DNA of 62,063 nt, the filler included, from Rhabdomonas costata (taxonomy: Eukaryota): NCBI GenBank assembly GCA_019059605.1. It is 31 parts of 31 records of this genome, joined end to end, with 100 filler letters (N's around TTAATTAATTAA, not from the genome) between each part and the next. Parts side by side here need not be neighbours in the genome. Positions count along the whole stretch, not along the records: positions 1 to 1,907 come from JAHMHO010007520.1; positions 2,008 to 3,914 come from JAHMHO010007521.1; positions 4,015 to 5,913 come from JAHMHO010007522.1; positions 6,014 to 7,919 come from JAHMHO010007523.1; positions 8,020 to 9,925 come from JAHMHO010007524.1; positions 10,026 to 11,932 come from JAHMHO010007525.1; 25 more parts are not named here. One strand, 5' to 3'. Of this stretch, positions 1-10,900 are shown in pieces. A program made the translations under genes and the position numbers. The notes beneath the pieces are model-generated. The model was not told the DNA's origin. It saw only the letters and a program-made list of their open reading frames with translations, and made no database searches. How positions within the stretch are numbered: position 1 is the stretch's first letter; each line of letters starts with the position of its first letter.

Positions 1-243
1 GTTGGGTTGTCTGGCAAGGGTTGTGTGTGTTTGTGTGAGTGGGTGGCTGCAGCCAAACCGACGTGCGCGATCAGACAATCGGTACGGCCGTACATCAGAA
101 CTCCGACACATACACCTTGTGAAGCAAATTGGAGGTCGATTCCTAAATACACAGGCATCGTTACTGCACACACTCAAGATTCTTTGTAGTGAGGATGGTA
201 GCAGAGTGAGTGGGACTTGGTGGTGTTGGTTGGGTGGTCACAG

Positions 244-351
244 CGAACCCCTCGTGTGCGAGCAGTGGCTATGCGTGCCCCCGGGTGCTTATCTCGACCC
301 CCGCCTCGGTGTGCTCCACGCTGAGCTGCGGGCGTGCCGACTGCTGCACTG
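244..351 (+). CDS. Cys-rich extracellular repeat exon (partial gene)
   Basis: Symmetric 108-nt exon (cacag|...G|gt) encoding NPSCASSGYACPRVLISTPASVCSTLSCGRADCCT, a C-C-C-C-CC module. Confidence 0.5.
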
Positions 352-1720
352 GTTTTTGCCTGCGCTTGCTTGTTGGTGGTGATGGGTGGGGCACAGTTGT
401 CATTGCCTTGATATAAACCAGACACTGAACTTGTCTCTGCTGCCCATATTTTGACCGCGAGGGATTTTCTGCAAAGAGAAGCCCTCTCAGAGCGTGCTGA
501 TAGTCACTCTATGGATGGAGCCCTCTCATCGCTCGCTTCTGGCAAAGCGGGCGTCCTCTTCCGCTTATGCGGTCCAAAAAGGGCCATTCCTTCCGGAATC
601 TACCAACGAACGTGTCACATTCTGCTGCTGGTTGTGCTGCTTGTTGCTCCCCTGCATCTGTGCTTTGCTTTTCCCGCACCGTGGGCCTCGTTTCCTATGC
701 AGGAGTGCTGTCCTTTCAGGCCAGCAGTGTGGTTCGCGCCATCCTTCTCACGGTTCGTGTGAACCCTTTTTTGGAGGAAGGAGGCAGATAGAAGGGATAA
801 GGGGCGAAAACAGGTCGAGGTGTGGGTGCAGTGCGACCTCCTAAATCCTTTTTTGCATTGCTTTGTTGAGAGAGAGGGAGAGAGGAAGAGAAGGCCATTG
901 TGCACTCCTTCATGATGTGCGGGGCAACCGACAAATGTGCCTTGAGCCGCAAGTGTGTTTGGGTGTGCGGTCTGCGGTTTGCGTCTTCGGGGGTTTGCAC
1001 ATCACCGTTTGCAGTGGTGTCATGTTATATGAATGTCCAGGACTGTGTCACGGGGATCACCCAGCTGCAGTTCCGGCAGAAACTTACGAATGCTACGGGG
1101 ATCCCACTGGAGGTGTGTTCTGGTGCTGCTTCCTGCAGAGATACCCGACGCGTAAGAAGGGCTGTCGTGCGTCCGCTGCTAGTGATAAAACAAAGCAGCA
1201 TACCCCGACATTACTGGAGAATACTGCGTGCGAGGCGATTGACTTGTCCCGCACACCTGTACTGCGCTGGAGACTTTGCAGCAAATGCAATGCGATTTTT
1301 GTATTGCGATGGAAGGTTGAATTTTCATAATTCCATCCCTGCAAATCGCACTGTCTGGGTGTTCCCCCATTCAGATGCAAGGTACAGACCGACTCACACA
1401 TGTGGTCCAGAAGAAGCCTTTGGTTCTCGCCCAGGCAAGCGCTGCAACTCTGGATCCGTTGGAGCTAAGATCTGCCCAGGGCCAGGCCCAACATCTACTA
1501 AGAAGAGGACTTGTGCTGAGAAATATGTAAGCGGGAGTGGAGATGTTCTCTGAGTGAGAGAGACAGTGACGCAAATCGCAAGGACGGTGGCCCCAACAGG
1601 CCTTTCTGATTCTTCCATCCTTCCACTTGCACAGGTCACAAGGGACATTTGTACCTATTGGGTGGGGAAAACCGAATCAGCCCGTGCCATACGCTGCATA
1701 GTTACTCGGCCCTCTAACAG

Positions 1721-1907
1721 GCCATTGTGATTCTGCGGTGGGAATGCGCCTCCGTGTCGGTGGTGTTCACCGTGCTCGGGGCCACGGTGTCCTTGGCGGA
1801 CTCCGGGCTTGCGGCAGCGCTTACGGCCGTACAGAATGGGGATGGAGGCGCCTCGGCAGACTCGGTCGTCATGGTCCCCGCAGCGAACCTCACCGCAGGG
1901 GCAACCA
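1721..1907 (+). CDS. Exon of a probable extracellular (REJ/PKD-like) protein, partial
   Basis: ctaacag| acceptor, then a GC-rich frame AIVILRWECASVSVVFTV...VVMVPAANLTAGAT open to the contig end. WxC and LxxPAxxLxAG are reminiscent of REJ modules. Confidence 0.35.
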
Positions 1908-2007
1908 NNNNNNNNNNNNNNNNNNNNNNNNNNNNNNNNNNNNNNNNNNNNTTAATTAATTAANNNNNNNNNNNNNNNNNNNNNNNNNNNNNNNNNNNNN
2001 NNNNNNN
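1908..2007. other. Artificial contig spacer (first of 30): N44-TTAATTAATTAA-N44
   Basis: The same 100-nt spacer, with stops in all six frames, recurs about every 2 kb. Approximate contigs: 1-1907, 2008-3914, 4015-5913, 6014-7919, 8020-9925, 10026-11932, 12033-13938, 14039-15945, 16046-17951, 18052-19956, 20057-21960, 22061-23966, 24067-25971, 26072-27975, 28076-29984, 30085-31990, 32091-33995, 34096-35997, 36098-38002, 38103-40007, 40108-42012, 42113-44017, 44118-46022, 46123-48027, 48128-50032, 50133-52037, 52138-54042, 54143-56047, 56148-58052, 58153-60058, 60159-62063. Confidence 0.98.
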
Positions 2008-2133
2008 GTTGTGGTTGATCTTACCAGACCTGCCATGAGGGCACTTTGGCGTTTGAGTGGTGAGAGAGAAAAAGGAGCTCAGTGTTTGCTGTGTTGTAGG
2101 CGGCAGCAAACGACTCTAAAGCCTACGTGTTAT

Positions 2134-2141
2134 AAGGTGGT
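2134..2141 (+). promoter_or_regulatory. Shine-Dalgarno-like motif
   Basis: AAGGTGGT ends 6 nt upstream of the thioredoxin ATG. Confidence 0.45.
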
Positions 2142-2147
2142 GTAATT

Positions 2148-2501
2148 ATGGTTGGTTTAGTTAGGGAGCTAACGGAAGGCGAATTCGACAGTCTAGTACA
2201 CGCTGGTACGGGACTTGCTCTTGTAGATTTCTGGGCCCCATGGTGTGGTCCATGTACACAGATGCTACCAGTTCTTGAGCGTCTAGCCGAAACCTTTGTC
2301 GATGAGGTAAAATTCTATAAGATCAACGTCGATGAAAATCCTGATATATCAGCCACATACAAAGTGCGAGGTATCCCGACCTTTATCCTGTTTTTCAAAG
2401 GACAAAGAGTAGCTACCAAGACTGGGATGTCTAATGAGGAGGCTATGGCGGATTGGATCCACGCTGAGCTGGAAAAATACCTAGATCAGTCTGTGGCCTA
2501 G
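2148..2501 (+). CDS. trxA: Thioredoxin, bacterial type, intronless
   Basis: Complete 117-aa ORF with the VDFWAPWCGPC active site and INVDENP, VRGIPT and FKG motifs. Confidence 0.95.
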   Translation: MVGLVRELTEGEFDSLVHAGTGLALVDFWAPWCGPCTQMLPVLERLAETFVDEVKFYKINVDENPDISATYKVRGIPTFILFFKGQRVATKTGMSNEEAMADWIHAELEKYLDQSVA

Positions 2502-2726
2502 TTCTTTAGGCAGCATTCCTAGTTTTTCTTGTGCATCTTTAATCCTGCGGTGATGTTGCAGGCAGGACTTGCAGCGTGCGAGGGGCTATCTTGCGGCCTG
2601 ATGAAGGGAAGCCAACTGCGCTGGTGAAAAACCCACTCTGCCCAAGACCTCCTCTTGCCCATACTCGATTAGTCTGTGATTTCTAGTTTTTTTATTATAA
2701 TGAGTGACCTTAATTGCGTCTCACAG

Positions 2727-3708
2727 ATGTACCACCACTGCTCAATGCCTCAAAACCAGCCTACATTGAACCATCCCTTGCTGACAATATTGTGGATATC
2801 GACATCCCCAAAAATGTCCCCCCACACGTACAATATCCGAAGAAAGCTCGAAGAGGTTGGGTCTCTTTGCTTGCGAACCCTGACCATTCCGGACTGGGCA
2901 GTGGTTGCGTTTGAGAAGGACAACAAGGCGAAGCTGGACGAATACCTGAAATCCCAGTTTGCAGCCTACACGCAAGACTTAAACCAGGTCAAGCCCGCCG
3001 TGGAGCCGCTTGCATGGCTGCAAGCAGTGGTTTTTGAGCTCTTGTACGTGGATGAGAAGAATCTCGTGCTCTGGGACTACTGTGTGAAGGCCCTCGTCGC
3101 GCACGTTCTCGAGCATCGCACTCAGGGTGCCCCTTGGCTGAAGTTTGTCACATACGCTGAAGGTTCGGCACTGGGCACACGGGACTTGAAGGAAGACGTT
3201 TCCGATAAGCTCTACCTCTATGATAAGCAGAAGATGGCGCTGCTGCTGAGCACCCAAGTGCGTGTCTACAAGGGGCCGGAATCCAAAGATGGCCAAAACT
3301 CTGCAGAGCTAGAGCCGAAGGAGAAGTTTCCCTTGATGCGTGTTGTTACCGCGGAGAAGGGATGCACCTGCTTCACGGCGAAGGGTGAACCCCTCAAGTC
3401 ATCTGGCACCCCTGCGGCATCGAAGGGAAGCACTAGCGTTGCAGACTCCAAGAAGCCGAGGAAGGATGCCAGTGCTGGAAATTCGTCTGGATGCAAGGCC
3501 ATTGCGGACCTCTCCAAGGAGCTCGAGCTGGCCTGCCTGCACTGGGCTTGGGATGGCTCGGACGGTGATAAGACCCACTTTCCGATTAACCCATACAACG
3601 CAAAGGTCTCTGCTCGAATTGAGAAGATGTACCGTCAGGGCGCCCCCTTCGTTCGCGTCTCGCCCAAGCATGCAATCTACTTCAAGGACATGATGCAACG
3701 GCAAATCG
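2727..3708 (+). CDS. Eukaryotic WWE-domain protein, large exon (partial)
   Basis: tcacag| acceptor at 2726 and G|gtttg donor at 3709. The C-terminal HWAWDG...PYNAKVSARIEKMYRQG...IYFKDMMQRQ fits a WWE domain. Confidence 0.7.
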
Positions 3709-4533
3709 GTTTGCTTGTGTTCCCCCTGTCTCCACTTGTGCGTTTGACGCAAACCGTCTTTTCATTTCCTTTTCGCGGCCGGTGGAAGGCCACACGATGA
3801 TGTTCATGTTTACGAAGGGGGTTCGGTATACTGTTCGGCTGCCCAGAGATGCCGATTTTCAATTTTAGAATTACATTTTACCGTTTAACCGCGGTAATAT
3901 TTAACATCCATTCCNNNNNNNNNNNNNNNNNNNNNNNNNNNNNNNNNNNNNNNNNNNNTTAATTAATTAANNNNNNNNNNNNNNNNNNNNNNNNNNNNNN
4001 NNNNNNNNNNNNNNGTGGTTGGTTATTTAGCAACTTTTGCTGTCCAGTCGGGCTCCGGTCACAATGCGAGAGCCACCTTGAAGACTACTACAAGTACATG
4101 GACAGCAAAAGTTGCTAAATAACTAACCAGAAAGCCGCCCCCTCGAACAAACGAAAATGATGACTCGTAGAGCAGCCTGACTCAGCTGAAGGTGAAGTGA
4201 CACCCGTAAATTCATATGTTTGGTGTGTTTGAGCGCAGGAGTGAACAGATTCAACGGCGATGCTTTTGCGCTCGGATGCTATCTTTTTGGACGCCAATCG
4301 CAAAAAAAAAAAAACCGGACATCTACACACACGCTCCCCCTTCCCCGAAGAAAGACACACTACACACTTCCCTATTCCCTATTCTGCCTCCGGAATTCTT
4401 CTGAACACGAAGAGCTCTCTCTCCTCTCCATCAGCTTCCCTCAGATTTCAGATTTCCTTAGATTTTTACTCTGCTGAGCCTCCCTCTTCGCGTTCGGACG
4501 CTCTATCTCTCTAATCAAGCCACCACTGCAAAC

Positions 4534-5654
4534 CTGAACATCACGGTGACCACCCGCCACCCCATCATGCTGTCCTGGCCCAGAGCCCCGCTCAACATCA
4601 TCCGCACCACGTCCCGCGGCACGTACCGCGAGAACCCCTCCAGCCCCCTGAGAGTGGGATTGTTGTTATTGGTTGTGGGCTTGTGCGGCTCACCAGCTGA
4701 GGGCCCTCAGGTTGCTCTCGCTCACAAGAAGGATGCTAATTGACCCGGCAAAAAAGTATACTGCCCCGTTGTTCAGACAATTCCCCGTTGCAGCGTTCTA
4801 GCGTAAGGAGAGGGAAACTGGGACCAACGAGGACATGACGAAGGGTGAGAAGGGCCACCGCAACAGCCAAGAGGACTTTCTCTTAAAAGGTGGGGCTCTT
4901 CTCTTCAGGGTCGTTGCGCAGCAGGATGGAAAGCGACAAAGACAGCAGTGCAGTATGGGGACCTACCCCCGACTTTGCTCGACACACTAGAAAGAGTAAT
5001 GTGTGGCCCTTCGAATAACTTTTCTCTTACTGATGGCATCCTCCGCTGCGAAAAAGATAGGAAAAAGAAGCTCAACAGTGATTCTGCCCACGTCACCACA
5101 TCACATGCATCACAAGAAGAAGGGACAGCGAACCAAAACGTGTGTATCCATCATCTTTGGCGACCCACTGACGCCCCGTAACCAATCAAAACTTCGAAAA
5201 ACATCAACCGCACCGGTACCGAAATGGACAAGCTTTGCTCTACTTCAGAACGATTTGGAACACAAAGGCACTAAAGTGGAGAGACTCTGCCAGTGGTTGC
5301 CCATTCCAACGAGCACAGAGAGTGAGAGAGGGGGGGGGACCTGTTCAGGGCCAGGAAGGACTTCTGGCACGCCCGGACCTCCGAGAACACCGAGCTCTCG
5401 CTGCGCTGCACATCCGCCAGATCCAGCACGGCCAGCTTGTTCATCCCCGCGGTGAGGTTCTGCAGGGGCCGGCTCAGCGCCACGGAGATCCCCACGGCGG
5501 CCAGGCAGGCCGCCAGCAGGACCACAACGAACAGCACGATCAGAAGCAGGTTGGTGCTGGCGATGCTGTCGTTGGTTTCCTGGGTGTTCTGATCCACAGC
5601 GCCAAGGCGGGTGTCCTGGTCCAGCAGCTGGAAGACAAGAAACTTGAGCCCAGC
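4534..5654 (-). CDS. Receptor-type class III adenylate/guanylate cyclase (TM-HAMP-cyclase start), partial; exons 5654-5341 and 4647-4534
   Basis: Canonical GT-AG splicing joins a TM helix and HAMP-like ISVALSRPLQNLTAGMNKLA...SEV to GLEGFSRYVPRDVVR...VVTVMF, the typical lead-in to a class III cyclase domain. Confidence 0.85.
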
Positions 5655-6024
5655 CTGAGAGCACGTTGGCAGAGCGAGATGTAAAAAGGCAAGATCACGC
5701 GTGTTCGGGAGGGGAGGTTGGTGGTCCTGGACGTCCAACAACGTTGGAAGTCCACCGCCCATTTAACAGAGAGACGTCGAACACCGTTTGAAATCTAACA
5801 CTCGTCTGACGGCCCTTAGATTAGTCTTAGACGGTGAAGATCGTACCCCAGGGCAAGTTACTGACGGCCTCCCCCCTCTCTTTCGGCAGTGTACCCCCCC
5901 CCGCAATACTTCTNNNNNNNNNNNNNNNNNNNNNNNNNNNNNNNNNNNNNNNNNNNNTTAATTAATTAANNNNNNNNNNNNNNNNNNNNNNNNNNNNNNN
6001 NNNNNNNNNNNNNATGGTTCTTGT

Positions 6025-7902
6025 TCAGATGGGTGACGGTAGACCCAGCACAGCGCGGACGAAGGGACGGTATCTCCGCTCCAGGCTCTGCAGCAGCTCT
6101 CGGTGCCGTGCTACGCAGAAGCCCTCCCGGGCAGGTCCCAGCAGCAGCCTCTCCGCCAGGCAAGGAGGGGTGCACTGCGTGGCGGCCACAATGGTGGGCT
6201 GCAGGTGCTTCAGCAGGGCAAGCACCAGGTAAACCACATAGTCCACCCCTGGGTTCGGATTCACCACACAATCACCAAAACAGCAAAGACTGCGGGCCAA
6301 GCTCCTCTCCGATGGGCAATGGGGCAGCCGATCAACTGCGGCGCAAGCAGACGCTGCAGATGTTGCTGATCAGCTCCGCGTCATGTTGAGACAACAAAAT
6401 TCCAGAAACTCTTCAGTGGTTTGGCCAATGAACAGACGCGGGCACTGGTTGCAAAGCGACAATGAAGGAGGCCATGTTTCCAGCGCGCAAGACCGCGCAG
6501 TACCCCAGAGAAACGAAAAAAATTCAGGTCATGGTGTGTAGACTGCATACCTGCCACAGTTGGCACCACAATGAAGTGGAGCACATCCGCCCAGTCCAAG
6601 ACACCGACATAGTTCTGTTGCAGCCAGCTCCCCACGACCTATATACCGCACCAAGCCAGAAAGTGCAGCTGCACTACCGGAATCTGCCCACCTCCTGCCC
6701 TCCCAGCGCAATGAAGCTCAACAATTCGCAGTTTTGTGGTGAAGATGCCCTGAGGCCCAGCGGCACGAGTGCGCAGTCGAGCATATATATGTAAAGGAGA
6801 AAAAACGAGAGGCTGAGCGAGAAACCTGCGTCACAGCCAACCCGCAAATACGGAAGCAGTTAAACAGCTCCTCAAACTCCGCTTGGAGCAGGTATTCAAC
6901 AACTTGACCAAGAACCTTAAGCCGGTCTTCCACAGACTTTGCCGAGGGAAAATCCCTGAGAAAGAAGGAAAACGAGGGCAGCTATATTAGAGATGAACCT
7001 TGTTCGGGGTCATGTAAAACTGAATCCGGGTCATGTAACCCTGTATCACCAAAACGCGCCAGTAATATCTGGCTCATATTTTACGTTTGGTAGATGGTTC
7101 TGGCAAAGGCGGCGTGACCAGCAACAAAAGATGTTACGAAACCAGAAAGAGGAGGGAAGATAGGGCTCAATCTGAAGTGGGCGAGGTGGATGTGGGCCTC
7201 AAGAAGAGGACGAGAGTGAAAGGGGTTTCCGAGAGGAAGGATAGAAGAAGGCAAAGGATAAAATGGGGAAGCACACCCACAAACCCACAAATACTCTGCC
7301 CCAGGCATTCTTTTTAAAGCTCGAAGGAGGGTCAGGCAGAGGTTCTCCATGGCAGCGTTAGTCTCCAAGGGATGTGCAACCTCCTCGCCTCCCGCTCCTC
7401 CACTTCGGCAGCACACCAGGATATACAGGACATATGCAAACCAGTCCGGTGCCGCCGAAAGGCCGGACGTGATGCGGGCGGCTTCGGCGCTCACCGCAAG
7501 CATCCGCGAGATGTGCATCCCGGAAGCACTGGGCTCCACCAGGGCCAGTGTGCAGCCATACTGGACCATCAGCTGCGCTCCCAAGCGCTGAGCATGCGAG
7601 AAGGTTGAGGGATCGGACTCGCTCAAATTCTCCATCATCACGGGGACCTCGCTCCGATAAGCGGCCGTGGCGGAAAGCAAGAGCTGCAGGTAGGCGGGCT
7701 GGCAATGGTGATGCGATATTCTAGCCCGAGAGTACAACACAGGGGCTGCGGGAGCTCCGGCCCTCATCCCCTCCTCCTCCTTTGGCGAAAAGACTTCTTG
7801 TACGCTGGGCACCCTGGGCACGCCGTCAACGGACTCCAGAAAACCCTCAGGAAGCTCAGACCGCTCGGGAAGGGGCTCCTCGTGCGAGAGGAAAAACCAC
7901 AC
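6025..7902 (-). CDS. TBC1D32: BROMI/TBC1D32-like ciliary protein, 3' part, about 4 exons
   Basis: Spliced motifs DWFAYVLYIL, VEYLLQAEFEELFNCFRICGLAVTQ|VVGSWLQQNYVGVLDWADV and G|VDYVVYLVLALLKHLQ...GFCV...LERRYR follow the BROMI C-terminal domain in order. Stop at 6025-6027. Confidence 0.8.
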
Positions 7903-10900
7903 CCAACCACACCCAACACNNNNNNNNNNNNNNNNNNNNNNNNNNNNNNNNNNNNNNNNNNNNTTAATTAATTAANNNNNNNNNNNNNNNNNNNNNNNNN
8001 NNNNNNNNNNNNNNNNNNNGGGGTCATCCCATCGCACCACCCGACCCAAGACACCAACCATGACCCAACGCACCAACCCACCAACAGACCCAACCCAATT
8101 ACTATACCCACACAAGACCCCAACCACCACACCCTACGCTACACTACACACCCAACCACTGCACTACACCATGCGCTACATTATACTACACAACCCTAGA
8201 ACCCTAGACACAATACAATGCAAGAAGAGACACGTACGCGCGTAAGAACGAAGCCCACATACCCCACAGCGCAAGATACCGTTCCCCACATCACCCACAT
8301 CCGAAGCCAAGAACCCGATACAAGAGAGCACCAGGTCCTTCTCTAGCGCTTGGCAAGGTTCCCTGACCCCCAGGTAGCTCTCTGTTGAGATTTTGACAGG
8401 GTTCCCAAAAGAAAACCCACTTGCTTCGCGTTGTGAGGAGCCCTACTGCCAGCCACTTTGAAGACAGCACGGAGCCTCACCCTCGACTGCATCCGGGGCA
8501 GCTGTCTTCCCTATCGCGCGTGGTATCAGAGTTGTCTCCAAGGCTTCGGCGTTCAGAATCCAAAGCTCATTCACGTTGGGGCGTACTTCTGCTCCGCTCT
8601 TGCCGAGCAGTGGTGCCTTCTCTCCCGAGGGTGAATCAGCCCCTGCCATAAAACAGCTTTGGGAAGCCGCCGGAGATCTTTGGCAGCCAATTAGAATCTT
8701 CCGACTTCTGGCTGGTACAGCACATTTCCGTCCAGCTTGCAAGTCATCAAGAACCAACTATACTCGCAGCAGCTTTGGTCGGAATGGGGTTCTTCTTAGC
8801 GAGCGGCTGTTGGGGCGGTGACGAAACGGGGGATTCCTTGTGCGCGAGTACGGGAAGCGCTGGGGGATCTGGTAAGGCAAGGAGAGGCTTCGGCTCCTGT
8901 GGGCGGTGGTGGTGAAGCTGCAACGTCACTCTCACTCTCAGGGTTTACCAGTACGGGATGCCTGGAAGGTCTACCTTGATACATTTATTGATGCCTTATT
9001 AATTATTCTTCAAGAAAAAAAATACCGAGTTATAAGGAAAAGGGGAAGGTGCGGTTTTTTGGACCGTGAGAGAACGCTGTAAAAAGACCAGAAAAGCCTG
9101 CACAGACTGGGGTGTTGGCCTTACGCTGTTCCTGGATAGCTACAGCCTCACAGGCCTTCGCTCCACACACCAGGAATTTCGAGAAATCCCTAAGAGTCCA
9201 GTTGTTTGCGAAGTACGGAGAACCAGCCCACCAAACAAACCACCCACAAATGAGATCACACATGACAACCACCCACAAATGAGATCACACATAACCCCAA
9301 GTGCCGGACGCCCAAGAACTGACATTGCAACCCCAACGATATTTCAGGCTTCTTGAAATGCGTGTTCGCGGTCCGCGCAGATGCCACTCACCACCATTAC
9401 TAAGGAAGGAAGGTCAGCTGGCTACCCACGTTCCTTGCATAGTGGTGCTTGGGTACCATCAGCACTCACATAGCCACGGGGGAGACTCTGGAGTGGTGGT
9501 GTTTTTGGTGCACTCTCTTCCAAGCTGTGGTAAGTCGTCGCTTTCCCCCGAAACTGTTGTTCCGAGCAGCGAGAAAAAGCGTCAACCTCCACCCCGAAGC
9601 GAGACTGAAAGCCCCTTTTTAATATGTATACACAAAAGAGCTCGTCATTGCACACAATCATCCGATCGAAGAAATTTGGCGAACAATGCCGCACAAGCAC
9701 AAACCCCAACCCGATCCACAAAAAAGTGAGTTCAAAATACGGAACAAATTATTCTCGCAGAACACTGACCGTGTGTGTGCTGCAAAAAAAAATACAGCCA
9801 GCATACCATTGTGTTAGGAAAACGGTGATCACGCAACCGACGGTGGTGAAAAATCGAAATCGCAGCGACACCGGAAAGTCAACGAGTCAAACTCTGTTTT
9901 AATTCTTTAATTAACCCACACAACCNNNNNNNNNNNNNNNNNNNNNNNNNNNNNNNNNNNNNNNNNNNNTTAATTAATTAANNNNNNNNNNNNNNNNNNN
10001 NNNNNNNNNNNNNNNNNNNNNNNNNTTGTTGGGGTGGATCGGGACGCAGGGGAGGGAACGTCTTTGAGCAGATTAAGGTGTGGGTTCAGAGTGGGTGGTG
10101 CCGTGGTTGGTGCGTTGTTGGTGCTGGTTGCTTGCTGTGTCTTTAGTGCTGTCTTAGTGCTTGTGAGGTGTTCTTGTTGATTGCTTCAGGAGTGGGTTCG
10201 TGCTGTCACTGTGTTCTTACTGCTGAGGATGTCTTGCTGTATCAAGGTGTGTGGATCGTAATGTTCGAAGGTTGTCAGGGTTCGTTGCTGTGCGTGTTGG
10301 TTTTGGTTCTATGCTGCTTCTGTACTGGTTGTGTTATGGTGTCATGGTGTCAGGGAATCGAGGGTTTGTGTGGAAGTCGAGGGGTTGGAAGTCGAGGGGT
10401 GGATGTTGATGCTGTATATGAGGGTGATGGTGATGCTACGTGTGAGGGTCAGCGAATCGAGGGTTTGAGTGAGAGTTAGAGGGTCCATGTTTCTGATGCC
10501 AAGCTGAGTGTGTAGGAGTGTGATGGGAAGTCTTAGGGTAGGGATGTTGCTGACGTCAAGCTGAGTGTGAGGGTGAGTGAAGATGATGGATGTGTAGATG
10601 TCAAGCTGAGGATATGTAGATGTGTAGATGTCAAGATGAGTCAGAGGGTGAGTGTGGATGCTGAGTTGGATGGTGAGAGATTGAGTGAGGATGGTGGAGT
10701 GACGCGAACCCAACAAGCTGCCATTCCTTCCACTCTAAAAACAGTGCGTAAGAGTGACGCTAACCATTCCACTACCAGCACTCATCCTACACTTAGCTAT
10801 CCTGTTACTCCAATGCTTAAGGTAAAGGGAAGTAGTGGAGTTACGTGATGCATTTACGTGATCCTTTATTATACGAAGAATTCCACCACTACCCTTACGC

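Noticed and set aside
1908-2007. Regularly spaced TTAATTAATTAA repeats as a CRISPR-like or biological array
   Set aside because: Embedded in fixed N runs; an artificial six-frame-stop linker.
8192-8207. accctagaaccctag as a telomeric repeat
   Set aside because: Only two imperfect units and no array.
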